A DNA stretch of 64,000 bases from Hypanus sabinus (taxonomy: Eukaryota), in contig NC_082721.1 of the NCBI RefSeq assembly GCF_030144855.1, forward strand, positions 81,902,001-81,966,000, written 5' to 3'. The notes beneath the pieces were generated by a model that saw only the letters and a program-made list of their open reading frames with translations, made no database searches and was not told where the DNA came from. Positions 48,251 through 61,549 of the stretch are shown here, piece after piece. A program made the position numbers and the translations under genes. How positions within the stretch are numbered: the stretch's first letter is position 1; every line of letters begins with the position of its first letter.

Positions 48251-51200
48251 TGAGGACACTGGCCTGAGCTCAGTGTTTGGGTTCCTGAAGAGCAGCACCA
48301 GGAGGTCTTCAGCCCCTGCCATCATCAGCAAGGCTACAGGTGTTGTCAGGATCTTCAGTAAGAACCTCCACTGGCATCATATGACTACAGACAACACCCC
48401 CATCATTCTCCTAATGCATTAAATTCCTATTGAATGAGACACTTACACACTAATATTCTTCCTGTTGTTGCTTGAATCTCTCCTTTCTCTGTGTGGGAGT
48501 GGAAGGTGCTAAGAGAGCAGAACTGGACATCAAAAGCTGGTTGTGATGTCAGTGAACGGCCCTGTCAATACATGCCAAAGTTTGATGCCACTCTGGTTTA
48601 GATCAACTTTTCTTCCTGTAGCAATTCCAATCCATAATTTGGGATCCCTCCACCTGCTTCTTTGATGCTCATTCAGAGACGTGAAGTTATAACTGCATGT
48701 TTAATATGCACCTGTTTTGGTGAGGGGCTTAGCATTGGGCTGGGAATGGTGATACCCTCCCTCAAACCTTAAGTGACCAGCGGTGGGATGTTTATGGTGG
48801 ACATTCTGTCTGTTTTTCAGGCTCTGTACGCTGAAGAGCGACTCTTACTCAAGATTGTGCTGACAACTGGATGAAGAATCACTTTGTAAAGTTCCATGGC
48901 ATCACAGAACAGGCCATGTAGTTCACTCCCACCCTCCCTCTCTCCCTCTCCATTGGTGAATCATTTCCTCTGTGATTATAGGGATTGTGCCTGTTCTGTA
49001 AACGGGTTTAGTGCGGGTAGTTACTCTTAACTGCAAGTTAGCACATTTGCCTGAATCAGAAAGTTGTGGTTTAATTCCTACGCCAGTGACTTCAGCACAA
49101 TAAGTGAGATTGACACTCTAGTGCAGTGGTTTTGGATGATCCCTCTGCTCTTCATGTGGGTTCGAAATAACTGTGGCAATGCCTCCGACTTAGTTGTTCA
49201 TAAAATCCATACCCTTGCTGACATGCAACTCTGACGCTAGTTCTATTTGCCTGTATGCAATCCTGGTATCTGAACTTTTCCTTGCATATGGCACCAGTGC
49301 ATACACAGAACGAGCTATGGGTCTCACCGTGATGAACCGACTTCAGCATCATCAACCAGTCAATCTAAATGCGTCCTTAGAAACATAGAAAACCTGCAGT
49401 ACAATACAGCTCCTTCGGCCCACAATGCTCTGCCGAACATGTACTTAGTTTAGAAATTACCTAGGGTTACCCATAGCCCTCTATTTTTCTGAGCTCCATA
49501 TACCTATCTAGGAGTCTCTTAAAAGACCCTATCATATTGTATTATGACTTTTCTCCATTATCCTAGGAAAAATTAACCTCTAAGCCTGTACTCCAGAGGC
49601 ACGTTATGTGACCATCCAACATCTTGTTGTTTGAGGTGTTTAGGTTTGGGCAAGTCAGTTGCCAAGTTTCCCAGGCAGCACAGACTACTGAGTAATGGGA
49701 CTTTGCGTCGGTTGGAATCTGTGCACAGGTTTCACCATTGTTCCTCATTTCCCTGAGGCCACAAAGGACACTGGATAAATGTACCTATGCGTGGATTCCT
49801 TTAGCACTCCTTTTTGGGACAAGGTTGGTCAACTGAGATTAGAGCTCAAGGCAGGCATTTTAGTATCATTTAGGTAACAGAACCCCAACAGTCGTTCACC
49901 CTATGTGGCCACAATTCCTCCAACTGACATCCCTGATAGCTGTGATTTTAGGGTATAAAAGCTGTCCGTTCATCTAGGCACTGGCCTAAGACAGGTCTGT
50001 GTGGCAATTGATCAGCCTTGCTTGAATTGGGTGGAGACTAAATCTCTCTGAGTATAAAATATGGCTCTGAACAATATTCGAGTGGAGCAGGTGATGGAGG
50101 GGAAGATGCGGAGATGGTACCCAAATAGCAAAAAGAAACTTAACGTAAGAGAATGCTGCAAGTTTAATACTTGAAAGGTTCTTTATTTTAATAGTTGTCC
50201 AACTGCATTCAAGACTTCTTCACTTTTGTCTGAGGAGGAGGAAAGGAACATTAGTGTCCTGTACTTTGTCCTCTTCAATGCCCTGGTATATCTTAGACCT
50301 AAGAGGTATTGCAGATGCTGGCAATCTATAGCAATACACGCAATGTTTATTCCCATGCCCGACCTGCTGAGATCCTCCAGCACATAGTGTGTATTGCTCC
50401 AGTATATCTGTTCACTATATGTGTGCAGTTTTTGTGCCTGTATATGTTGCTGTGGTGGAATTCTACTTCCACCATGGAGGCAGAGACACAGAGCTGCAAG
50501 ATCAGGTGTAATATAGAGATCTGGTCCTATTAGAAGTGCTCTTCCTTTACTGCATCCCTAGCCCTTAACTGGTGACACAACGTTGGGAGGGACCGTGGTG
50601 TTATTGAGCACATGAGGCTACAATGAGATGCTGACTAGTTAAGAGATCAAACTATGACAGCGAAGTGACCTCATTCGAGCTCACTGACTGCTAGCCTGAA
50701 TCTTTTCCAGAGTTACAGAGAGTAACTGTATAAATGAGGTTATCCTGCTCCGCACTGCAGTGAAAACACAAATGGACACAGTATTGAAAATACTGAAAAG
50801 CAAAAATCTGCAGATGACAGCAATCTAAAACATAATCAGAAAATTCTAGAAGCACTCAGCTATCAGTCAGTATTTGTGGAGAGAGGAAGAGTTAATATTA
50901 CATGTAACATTAGCTCTGTCTTTCTACAGATGCTGCCTAACCTGCAGCATTTTCTGAAATCACTGATGAATCCCCAGGCTGTTTACTCTGTGTCCTGTGT
51001 CTCATCACTGGATAACCCACACCCCATGAAGAGGTGCACACAGGACCCAGAGCTGACATGTTCTGACCACAAGTGTTTTTTTTTTTGGCCTTCTGCTCTC
51101 ACAGATGCCTGAGAGTCAGAGGGGCAGCTCCAAACACTATTACACTGAAGATATGTTGTGTTGCTAGTGGGACGGCAGTAAGGTTGTGACATCCACTGCA

Positions 51201-52342
51201 AGGGGCAGCATTGGGAGTGTGTCACACTGTTGTACGGGATTCAATAAAACTATCTGATCACATCATTCTTCTTGTGAGCTTGCTATAAAGAAAATTGAAT
51301 TTACTACTGTATTTCCATCACTACAAGAGCGAATTGACCTTGGAACTATTCAATGCCCATCTTTAATTTGCTCTGTGGTATTAGTTTTCACCAGTAGACA
51401 GCCCAGCTCCAGGTTAGACATGTCATAATCCTGAAGCTTCTTGCTGGTGTCAATACACCAGTGTCTACACCCTCACTCCCCACCTAGCTTACATTCTTCC
51501 CCCTTTCCCTTTCCATTACAACCATTCTCTGACACTGAATGCTTCCTGTTCACCCTTCTTGGAGAAGGAACATAACATTCTGGATAATTAACTGAATCTT
51601 AGTGTCTGATTATCTTCGTGTTATCCCTTCACTCCCTCCTTACTCTGACACTGTGATACCTTTTGGATTCGGTCTGCTGTTGTTGAACTGGGGAGGTCCT
51701 GCTGCTGTTGTGGAACGTGAGGAAACTGGGGCAGATGCTAATCAAATAACTCATCACCTGTCACACCATATTGCTGGAGCACTTTCAGTCATGACAAACA
51801 GAAGGCTGAAGCTGAATGTGAAATGTGACAAAAGCCTTTAATTTCCAACAATTATACTTCAAAATTGATGATCCCCATAAACTACTGCATCAGCCTCAGC
51901 CCCACCTTTTCCCACCTTCTGCCAAGCCTCCAGGGTCCCTGCTAACTAGTTCTGCCGTCAAGGCTGAAGTCAGAATGCAGCTGTATGCAGGGCAGTGTCT
52001 GAGGTGAACAGTCAAATTCTGGACAAGCAGGAAGACACAAAGGCCCTGTGTCATTCCCACTCTTCAACTCAACTCTCTGGGCAAGCTATAAAACAAATGA
52101 CATTTGAAGCATTTGTGCTTGGGTAATTTCCTATGTTTCTAGAGTTATGTTTCTGCTGTCACTCTCCTCAGTCTTATGACAAGCTCCTTTCCCTTTGCAA
52201 CCTCCCACTCTTGAAAGGATGGTGAATACGTCATCCAAAATGATAGCTGAGGAATGAGAGGCTGATCATATTAGGATAATGCAGGAATGGATTGTGGTTC
52301 TAGGGTGTGGTAGGTGCTGGGTGTCAACATGTGTCAGTAACG

Positions 52343-52468
52343 TTACAATATGGTGCAAGGCTTCTTGTCTTTGAAAGGGTTCTCCGAGGTTGGAATTCCT
52401 ATCAGCAGTGGGTCTTTTGTCGTGTGTTCCTCGCAGTAGTTCATCAGGTCTGTTGCAGCTTTTGAAAC
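52343..52468 (-). CDS. GNG14: G-protein gamma subunit coding exon 2
   Basis: ctcttctag|[41 protein letters not shown]; DPLL/NPF GGL motifs and CaaX CTIL. Symbol from synteny; the sequence is GNG12/GNG7-like. Confidence 0.9.
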   Translation of the reverse strand, partial: VSKAATDLMNYCEEHTTKDPLLIGIPTSENPFKDKKPCTIL

Positions 52469-52600
52469 CTAGAAGAGAAATTGGGTCAGAGAAAGAGAGA
52501 GATGGGGTGATGCTAGCAGGAGGGGTGGTTGACATACACCTAACTCAAACATCTCTTCCCCAATCCAGAGTTATTGACCATAAAAATGAGATTGAAGTTA

Positions 52601-52700
52601 TGAGTCCTGATGAAGAGTCTTGGCTTGAAACATCAACTCAGAACTCTTTTCCATAGATGCTGCCTGGCTTGCAGAGTCCCTCCAGCATTTTGTGTGTTGA
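52601..52700 (+). mobile_element. Penelope-type terminal repeat with minimal hammerhead motif; related tails ~2655-2845, 9520-9613, 14665-14755, 22550-22645, 38300-38450, 50300-50400, 55645-55865, 62965-63127
   Basis: CTGATGA-stem-GAAAC followed by atagatgctgcctggc...ctccagcattttgtgtg, the same tail found on the GIY-YIG fragment at 15.6 kb. Confidence 0.7.
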
Positions 52701-54842
52701 TTTAAAGTCATGGTGCTTGAGACCTTTCACAGCTGATCTTGCAGGGAGCAGCCCTGGAGCTGGTTCCCCTGGTAGTTAAATTAAATTGTCCAGCTTACCA
52801 GCAACTCATCTCCGGTACAAGACAGTATGACTAATTATGAGCATTTTCCCTCCCTCTTCTACCCCCCCCCCCCACCCTCAACAGTAAAATCATCCCTGGG
52901 GCCTGGCAGAACATAAAGCCAACAAATCCCATTAGAAGTTCAGGAAGAATGTGGAACTGTTACACAAGGGCTGTCACTGAGGAGAATAGTACTATCGTGT
53001 TTCTGGGGACGCAGTAACAGGTTTAATATCACTGGCATATGTCATGAAATTTGTTTTGCAGCAGCAGTACATTGCAATACATAATAAAAAAAAGATACTG
53101 AATTGCAATCAAAATATATTTTAAAATTAAATAGTGCAAAAAGAGCAAACAAATAAAAGGAGATAATGTATGTGGGTTCATTGTCCATTCAGAAATCTGA
53201 TGGCAGAGGGGAAGAAACTTCCTAAAATAATGAGTGTCTCTCTTCAGGCTCCTGTGCCACCTCACAATGGTAGGAATGAGAAGAGGGCATGTCCTGGGTG
53301 ATGGGCATCCTTAATGATGGATGCTGCCTTTCTGAGGCGTTGTCTGGATAAAAAAATTGGGTGACAGGAGTAGAAAAGAATATGCTGATAGGAAGAGAGG
53401 TGGTGGTTAAAAGATGGAGCCAATCCTGCTTGTGATCAATATCCACACCAGTTTTTTATTGATGTATGAAATTGATCAGAATTTACTTCATGTAGCTTGA
53501 ATGGAACAAAATAAGATGAAGCAAACTTTAAAAAGTACTGAATTACGGAGAGATCCAAATTTTTTGAGATACTGCAGGGAATGGGCCTTTGAACTGTGCC
53601 ACCCAGCAATGTCTGATTTAACCCTAGCCTAATCATGGGACAATTTACAACGACCAATTACCCTACCAACCAGTCAGTCTTTGGACTTTGGGAGGAAACC
53701 CATGTGTCATGGGGAGAACAGACAAACTCCTTGTAGGCAACGGTGGGAATTGAACCCCGGTTGCCTGTACATGCTGTAAAGTGTTGTGATAATCACTATG
53801 CTAGTTTGCTGAAAGGAGATGATTTTAGGATTAAGTTTAAGAATGTAACCCGCTGTCTGATTTTCAAAAAGTTCTTAAAATCCTGTAACATGTCTTCTCT
53901 GCTTGGACAGATTTGTCATTGATTTTATTTTTGTTTTTCCTACAGAATTACTAACAATCCTTCGCCCATTTTACACCATTTGCCACTGAGTTTGAATCTA
54001 CTGGAAGTCAGTGAGCCAGTCAAGGGCTGCATCACCACCATACAATCAGGGTGTTGTTGTCTTCTTAAGCCCATCACCCATACTGAGGGCATAGGCTGCG
54101 GGCAGCATCTTGCCAGATTTCTGTGTCCTGTGCCACTCTTCCAAGTGGCCTATTTTATCCTTCCTCTCCCAGGGAATAGATCTTTGGAGCTTTTGTTGGT
54201 GTTTCTGCCGCTCTGGGTTCTAATGGGGATGGAGTTGCTAGCCCCATGCCCAATCCTCCTCCTTTTGCATCTGGGTTTGGGAACCATCTGTGGTGGAGTT
54301 GGTCAGGGTGTCCTCTGCTCAATGTGTCCAGAACTACTAGATCAGTTTCGTCCACCCCTTCCCTTCCTCTAGGTCAGTCATTCACTGACTCCCCCTCCCC
54401 TTCACCCAGTCCCATCACTGAATGTCCACCTCCTCCTTGGTCTATCCTTCACTATTCAACTCTACAATACTGTCACCACAACTTAATGTGGTACTCATGT
54501 TGCTTTATTAAGATGCCCTCAGCTAATGGTACATTCCCCTTTCTTAAACCTTAGTGTTTGGATTGAATAGTTTTAATTGCTACGTTAACCCATGGTACAA
54601 ATTTAAGTAATTTGTGTATCTGTGCTCCAAATCTTTCTGTTCCTCTACCATGTCTAGTCATTCAGTAATCTGCCTATTTTTGCATCAAAATGTACTACCT
54701 AGTATTTATGTGTTGAACTTCACTTGCCAATTATTTGCCTTTCTGCAATTGCTGTTATTTTGCTTTCAGTCTGCCGTCCAACGTCTACTACCCTGATATA
54801 TTCTCCAGATAATCTTTTGACCAATTGGGACTGCTAAGGTAC

Positions 54843-54935
54843 CTTAATCCTGTCAATGCCAGCCTCCATCCGCAGCTGTTCCACTGCCTTTCTAGTGTGA
54901 GCAATGTAATTTGCTGTGACCGCCTTTGTGGACAT
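54843..54935 (-). CDS. GNG14: G-protein gamma subunit coding exon 1 (exon 54943-54843)
   Basis: Branch CTAAC + cacacag| acceptor; MSTKAVTANYIAHTRKAVEQLRMEAGIDRIK; donor AAG|GTACCT at the conserved G-gamma intron position; 72 aa in total. Confidence 0.9.
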
Positions 54936-55873
54936 TCTTGAGCCTGTGTGAAGTACAGTTAGCAAGCCCAGCAACAGTCCTGCGGGAGGCAAAACAGGGC
55001 AGAACTCAGGAGCAAGTACAAGAAAACACAAGTGTACATCTACAGAATACGATCAACATCTCAGCATTTGCTGAAGTAACAAGCTGTTGTGAAACATGGC
55101 CCTTCGTGGTAAATAATGGGTTTTAATCTCCCTCTAGACACTAGGTGAGATGGATTAAACCAGAAAGGCCCAAAATGGAGAAAGGTTGGCTACGTTCCAG
55201 GATATGACTTATGTCTGAATGATGGTATCAGTTTTCAGGGGCTCAGTGAAAGACTGATTAATAAATAGAGAGCAATTAATCTGATCTCCCCCACATCACA
55301 GTGTCTGTCTGGGTCAGTGCTCCCAATTCTCCATCCGTGTCTTCCCCAATAAGTCAGACCTGCTGGGTCTGGTTTAGCAGTATATTCATTTTTGTCTTCA
55401 TGGTGTGGGGTTCAGTGATGGACTTCCTGCTCCCTTGATGTTGTGTCCAATTCCAAGGATTTTCTAAAAGTGCTGGCACTTCACTGCCCTCACCCCAAAC
55501 TCCTGGGGGTTTGCTGATTCATTTGTGGCTATGCTATCACCATCTTAATTGACTAGGCAAATAATTTGTCTCCAAAAGCAGCTGTGGGCCAGAACTATTG
55601 AACATACAGCTGCATTGATTCTGGTCTGAGAATTGTATCAACAAGCAAGAGATTCTGCAGATGCTGAAATGTTGGAGGAACTCAACAAGTCAGGCAGCTT
55701 CTATGAAGGGAAATAAACAGTTGGTGTTTTGGGCTGAGATCCTGGGGTCCTAGCCCAAACTGTCGACTGTTTGAGTCCAGATCAAGGATCTGAGCCTAAA
55801 ACATTAACTGTTTATTCCTCTTCATAGATGCAACCTGACTTGCTCAATTCCTCCAGTACTTTGTTTAAAATTA

Positions 55874-56560
55874 CACTCAATGACCACGTTATTAGGTACA
55901 GGAGAGGAACCTGGTGAGCTTTACTGCTGCTGTACCCATCACTTCAATATTCGATGTGTTCTGCATTTGGCAATGCAGCTCTGCAAACCACGATTGTATT
56001 AGTTCCATTTAATATCAGAATATATACAATATATAACCTGAAATTCTTACTCTCCACAGACATCTTCGAAACAGAAGAAACTCCCCATAGAACGAATGAC
56101 AGGAAAAATGTAAGAACCCAAAGCCCCCGACCCCTCCCATGCACAAGCAGCATCAACTTTCCCGCCTCCATTTATTCTAGCATAAAGCAACAGCATTCCC
56201 ATCCTCCACCATGCAAGCGACAACAAAGCCCCCCCCCCCCCGCATGGTTATTTGAGTTACTGTCACCTTCCTGACAGCTTGAACGAGTCTAGCTTCTCTA
56301 ATCTTTTCTGACCTCTCATGGACGAGGCACTTCGACCACAGAACTGCCACTCAGTCGTGTCTGAGATACTCAAACCACCCCATCTGTCACCAACAATCAT
56401 TCCACAGTTAAAGTCACATTTCTTCTCCATTCTCCTGTTTGATCTGAACAATAACTGATCTCTTGACCATGCTTTTGTGGATTGAGTTGCTGCCACATGA
56501 TAGGCTGATTGGATATTTGCCTTAATGAGCAGTTGTATCTAACAAAGTGGCTACAGAGTA
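55874..56560. mobile_element. Tc1 MITE, same family as 19943-20457, inverted, with an insertion at ~55995-56240
   Basis: TA-cactcaatgaccacgttattaggtac ... gtatctaacaaagtggctacagagta-TA. Confidence 0.75.
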
Positions 56561-58059
56561 TATACTTCTCTCTCCCCTCCTTCATTTGAGAATATTGAAA
56601 TTAGCTCAAAATTTTCATTCCTAGTCCTATTAGCATGTCTTACCTTCAGGCTCCGATCGTTCTTTCTGTCTCAGCAGTCCCACAACAGGGGGTACCTTAG
56701 AGAACATTCAGCACAGATGTTTTTGATGGATGTCATCACAGAATGCCGCCAGAGTCTCAGAGCAGCTGCAGTTAGTGTGATGTACCGTCCATTAGCAACA
56801 ACATTTCCCAGAGATTCATCACCTCTAACACTGCAAGCCGACTGAAGATACTCCACCGTAGAGTAATCAAAAATAAGGGGGTTAGGGTGGGTTACTAAGC
56901 TTGGTTATGAATAGCCCAAGATTGTGAAAAGAGAGGTTTAGGGAAAGTGGTGGTGGAAATACCAGTGGCAGAGAGTTGAAATCTGGGAAAGGATCAAAAT
57001 TGGGACAGTGTAAGTAAACGCTAAGTTATCTGGAGGTAGCATCAGTCTTGGCAGACGAGCTTTAGGCAGCGATGAGTTGGATTTGTTAATGATCAGAGTT
57101 TTACTGTAGTTTATCAACTTATTCAAATAGCATTGATTATATTAATAAGATGTTGAAAACAGTTTGTTAATTGACCACGATTAGACAGAACTACATACCT
57201 GAGGCAAGGAGCAGTTTCCAGTCTCTGCTTCCCCTCTTCGGAGCTCCGTGTAGATAATGAAGGTAAATCACTTCAAATGGGAACCTGATTTTCCTTTGAA
57301 GGGAGAATCAGAGAGACGGCAGCCCCTCCTCCTGCTTGGAGTGGAGTCCTCTGACTGACTGATGTACCTCTGCTGCTAGTGGGCAAGGCTCACACTAAGC
57401 CACCATCCCACCTCCCTGCCTGATTTATTTGCTACCTGGTGCTTCAGAATGGCAGCTCACTCGCTGAAAGCTGCCTTCACACCGAGGGGTCGTACAGTTA
57501 AATGTCAGACTTCAAAACAACCCATCCCTCCTTCTGCTGCTCTTTACTTATTTATAAAGTCTTTGTTTTCAAAATGAGTCCCCTTTGGAATTCTTTTAAT
57601 CCTTGAGGAGCCCCAGCTCAGTTCTCCTGTTCTAATGCTTCAAGGGGTGTCTGTGACAATAAATGAAGTTGGGAGGTGGTTGATAAAGATACTAACATTC
57701 CCTTTGGATTTGTGTTGATTTAAAGCTTCCTTGTTCAAGTTCTTCACCTTGCACTTCACAAGAAGCTAAAACCATCTGAACAGTGGGTCCTGCAAAGCTC
57801 CCACCCAGCCAAAGCACAGGCCACTGTGAAGCCCAGATCCAAACTTCCCAGCCAGAGTTGCTCTGAGGTGCACGCTGTGCTTTCAGGGGAGGAGAATTAA
57901 AACCCAGAAATCCGTGGAAATCTGGAATAAAATCTTGAAACAGCAGAAATATTCAGACGGTCAGACAGCGTCCGCAAAAGGAGAATTGAGTTAATCTAAT
58001 AGGTCAACAGTGTAGAAGGCTGCAGAACAATAGTAACCCATTGGGTGTGAAAACTGGTT

Positions 58060-59290
58060 AAAACATAGAAATCCCACAGCACAAAACAGGCCCTTCAGCC
58101 CACAATGCTGTGCTGAACATGTACTTACTTTAGAAATTACCTAGGGTTACCCATAGCCCTCTAAAGCTCTAATATACCTCTGCAGGAGCCTTTTGAAAGA
58201 TCCTATTGTATCCGCCTCCATCACTGCTGCCAGCAGCCCATTCCATGCACTCGCCACTCTACATTTAAAAAAATAATTACCCCTGACATCTTCTCTGTAC
58301 CTACTTCCAAGAACCTTGAAACTGTGCCGCCTTGTGTTAACCATTTCAGCCCTGGGAAAAAGCCTCTGATTATCCATACGTTCAATGCCTCTCATCATCT
58401 TATACACCTCTCATCCTCTGTCGCTCCATCTATTCTCATAAGACATGCTCCCCAATCTGGGCAACATCCTTGTAAATCTCCTCTGAACCCTTTCTATAGT
58501 TTCCACATCCAATCTGTAGTGAGGTGACCAGAATTGAGCACAATACTCCAAGTGGGATCTGACCAGGGTCCTATACAGCTGTAACATTGGCTCAAACAAT
58601 CCCATGATTGATGAAGGCCAATGTCCTGTATGCGTTCTTAACCACAGAGTCAACCTGCACAGCAGCTTTGAGTGTCCTATGGACATGGACCCAAGATCCC
58701 TCTGTCTATATGCTCAAGCTTTTCAGTCCACTGTAAGCCATCCCTGCCATTGCCAAAGTCCTTTTACATAGTGACTACTGAAGTAAAGTATTCATTAAGT
58801 ACCTCTGCTATCTCTTTTGGTTCCATACACATTTTTCCATGTCACACTTGACTGGTCCTATTCTCTCACTTCTTATCCTCATGCTCTTCACATACTTCTA
58901 GAATGTCTTGGGATTGTCCTTAATCCTGCTCACCAAGGCCTTCTCATGGCCCCTTCTGGTTCTCCTCATTCCATTCTTAAGCTCCTTTCTGCTAGTCTTA
59001 TTATTTTCTAGATCTCTATCGTAACCTAGTTTATTGAACCTTTTGTAAGCTTTTCTTCTTGACTAGATTTTCAACAGCCTTTGTACACCATGGTTCCTGT
59101 ACCCCACCATCCTTTTCCCTGTCTCATTGGACGTACCCACGCAGAACACCACACAGATAACCCCTGAACATTTGCCACGTTTCCCTGAGAAAGTCTCTTC
59201 CCAATTTATGCTTCCAAGTTCCTGCCTGATAGCTTCATATTTCCCCTTACTCTAATTAAATCTCCAATATTTCCCCTTACTCCAATGGTT
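58060..59290 (-). mobile_element. CR1 LINE, internally deleted
   Basis: ORFs 58147-58407 and 58411-58686 (LVRSHLEYCAQFWSPHY); same tail as the 12560 copy. Confidence 0.9.
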
Positions 59291-59949
59291 TAGTGGGACA
59301 ATTGGTATCAATAGACTACAAGAAAATATTACGAATAAGTCAGTTAGTTATAAGTTTGAAGTACATTGCACCCACCATCAAATATGATTATGGCTGATCT
59401 ACAATGCCTTTAACTCCTTATGTGCCAAATGCCCATAACTGTCAGTTCCTTGATCTTTAAAATCCAAAGGGGTTGTTAGTTATCTTTCACCTATCTCCCA
59501 GCTTAAGTGTATTTAAGTGTATCTATTGGACCCGCCTCTATTACTTTTGGGCAGTATAGAAAGCGGGAGAGGGCAGAGAATTCCAGGGATTTACTACCTC
59601 CTGAGAAGAAATTTCTGTACACAGTTCTAAAATACTGGGTCCTTACCTTGGAACTATTTCTCCCTGTCCATGAATCTCCCACTGGTGGGAAGCATCTCTA
59701 CATCTATCCTATCAAGCTCCCTTAGAATCTTGAGTAAGGCCACCTCTTATTCTAAACACCAAGTAATCCCTGCAGAGTTTGTCATTGAAACATTGGTTAA
59801 AATTGACGCCTGTGCCCAGCTGGAAGTCAGAGAAGAGTTTATTTGTCATAAAGCACGAGATCCCTTTTCAGCAATGAAGAATCCTTATACATCTGAGTGC
59901 AATGGTATTCCTGAGTCACCACCCGGGACTTGCATGACTGACAGAAATG

Positions 59950-60595
59950 AAACTTGAGCAGAAGCAAATGTCACTCCATTCTTTAAGAAAGGAGGAAGGC
60001 AAAAGTAAAAATTATGGGCTATTTGGCCTAACCTCATTGGCTGGGGAAAGTGTTGGGAGTTTATTATTAAGGATGAGGTTCTGGGGTACTTAGAGACTAA
60101 TGATAAATAAGTCAAAGCATGGTTATTGTAAAAGGAAATCTTGCCTGACAAATATTTTAGAGTTCTTCGTGGGAGTAACTAGTAGGGTGTACACAGGAGA
60201 GCTAGTGGGTGTCATTTACTTGGATTTTCAGAAGGTCTTTGATAAGGTGCCATACATGAGGCTACTTAAGATAAAATCCTATGGTGTTATAGGAAAGATA
60301 CTAGCATACATAGAGGAATATCTGACAGACAGGAGGCACCAAGTGAGAATAAAGGGGCTCTTTTCTGGTTGGTTGCTAATGACTGGTGGTGTTCCTCAGG
60401 GGTCAGTGGTGGGAATGCTACTTTTCACATTGTTTGTGGTAAAGCTTGTGGATGATACAAAGACAAGTGGAGGGGTAGGTGCTGCTGAGGAAGCAATGTG
60501 ATTGCAGCAGGGCTTAGACAACTTGGAAGAATGTGGGAAAAAAAGCAGCAGATGGAATACAGTGTTGGGAAATGTATGATGATGCATTTTGGCAC
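59950..60595 (+). mobile_element. CR1 RT fragment
   Basis: ORF 60100-60501: SCLTNILEFF, YLDFQKVFDKVP, GVPQGSV, VDDTK. Confidence 0.9.
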
Positions 60596-61549
60596 AACCC
60601 CACTATTTAAATTCTGCTTTTGCACTAATTTAATTTGTTTAATATACACTACACGGCAATTCAGTTTTTTTTCTCTATTATTATGTGTTGTATTTGTTGC
60701 TGCAAAGACAACAAATTTCATGACATGTACCGGTGATATTAAACCTGATTCTGATTTGGATCCCTTTTTCGAACAAGAGTTAAATTGGCTATTTTCCAAT
60801 CTTCTGGTACACACCTGGAATTTAGTGAGTTTTGAAAATTGTCAACTAATCTAATTGGTTCACTATCTCTGCAGCCATTTCCTTTAACACCCTTGGGCAC
60901 AGGCAGTCAGGTTCCAGCAATTAGTCTGCTTTTAGACTTGCAAGTTTCTCAAATATTATGTTCCATTTTATCGAGATCTTTACAATTTCATTTATTTGAA
61001 ATGGGTCCATCTATTTTCTAAGGAATATTTACAGTTTGTCACTAAGAAGACTGACGCATAAAAAACACTAATTTAATATAATCTGCCAAGTAGGCCATAA
61101 GACATAGGAGCAGAATTAGTCCATTCAGTCCATCGAGTCATTCAACCATGGCTGATTAATTATTCCTCAACCCCATTCTCCTGCCTTCACCCGTAACCTT
61201 TGCATCCTGTTGTTAATATACCAGGCTCATTTTCTTGACGCCTTATACTAAGTTTAGCTGCCTTTTTCATATTTACAGTATAGTCCATAACTTCCTGTTT
61301 ACAGTATATTCTATAAACAATTTGTTGTGATATTACACAAATGTTTTCTATCAAAATAGATGTTCTCCCTTCTTGTGAGCTTTTGCTTTAGCTGCTGAGT
61401 TCTAAAAGTTTCCCAGTCATCAGCTCATCATCTTTGACCTCCTTTGATCCCTAACCACAGATTACTTCTCAAGGAATTACTCTTTCTAATTGAAATACAT
61501 TGCTTTGGTCCTGCTTATTGAATATCTGCAACTATTCAACTGTTCCATT

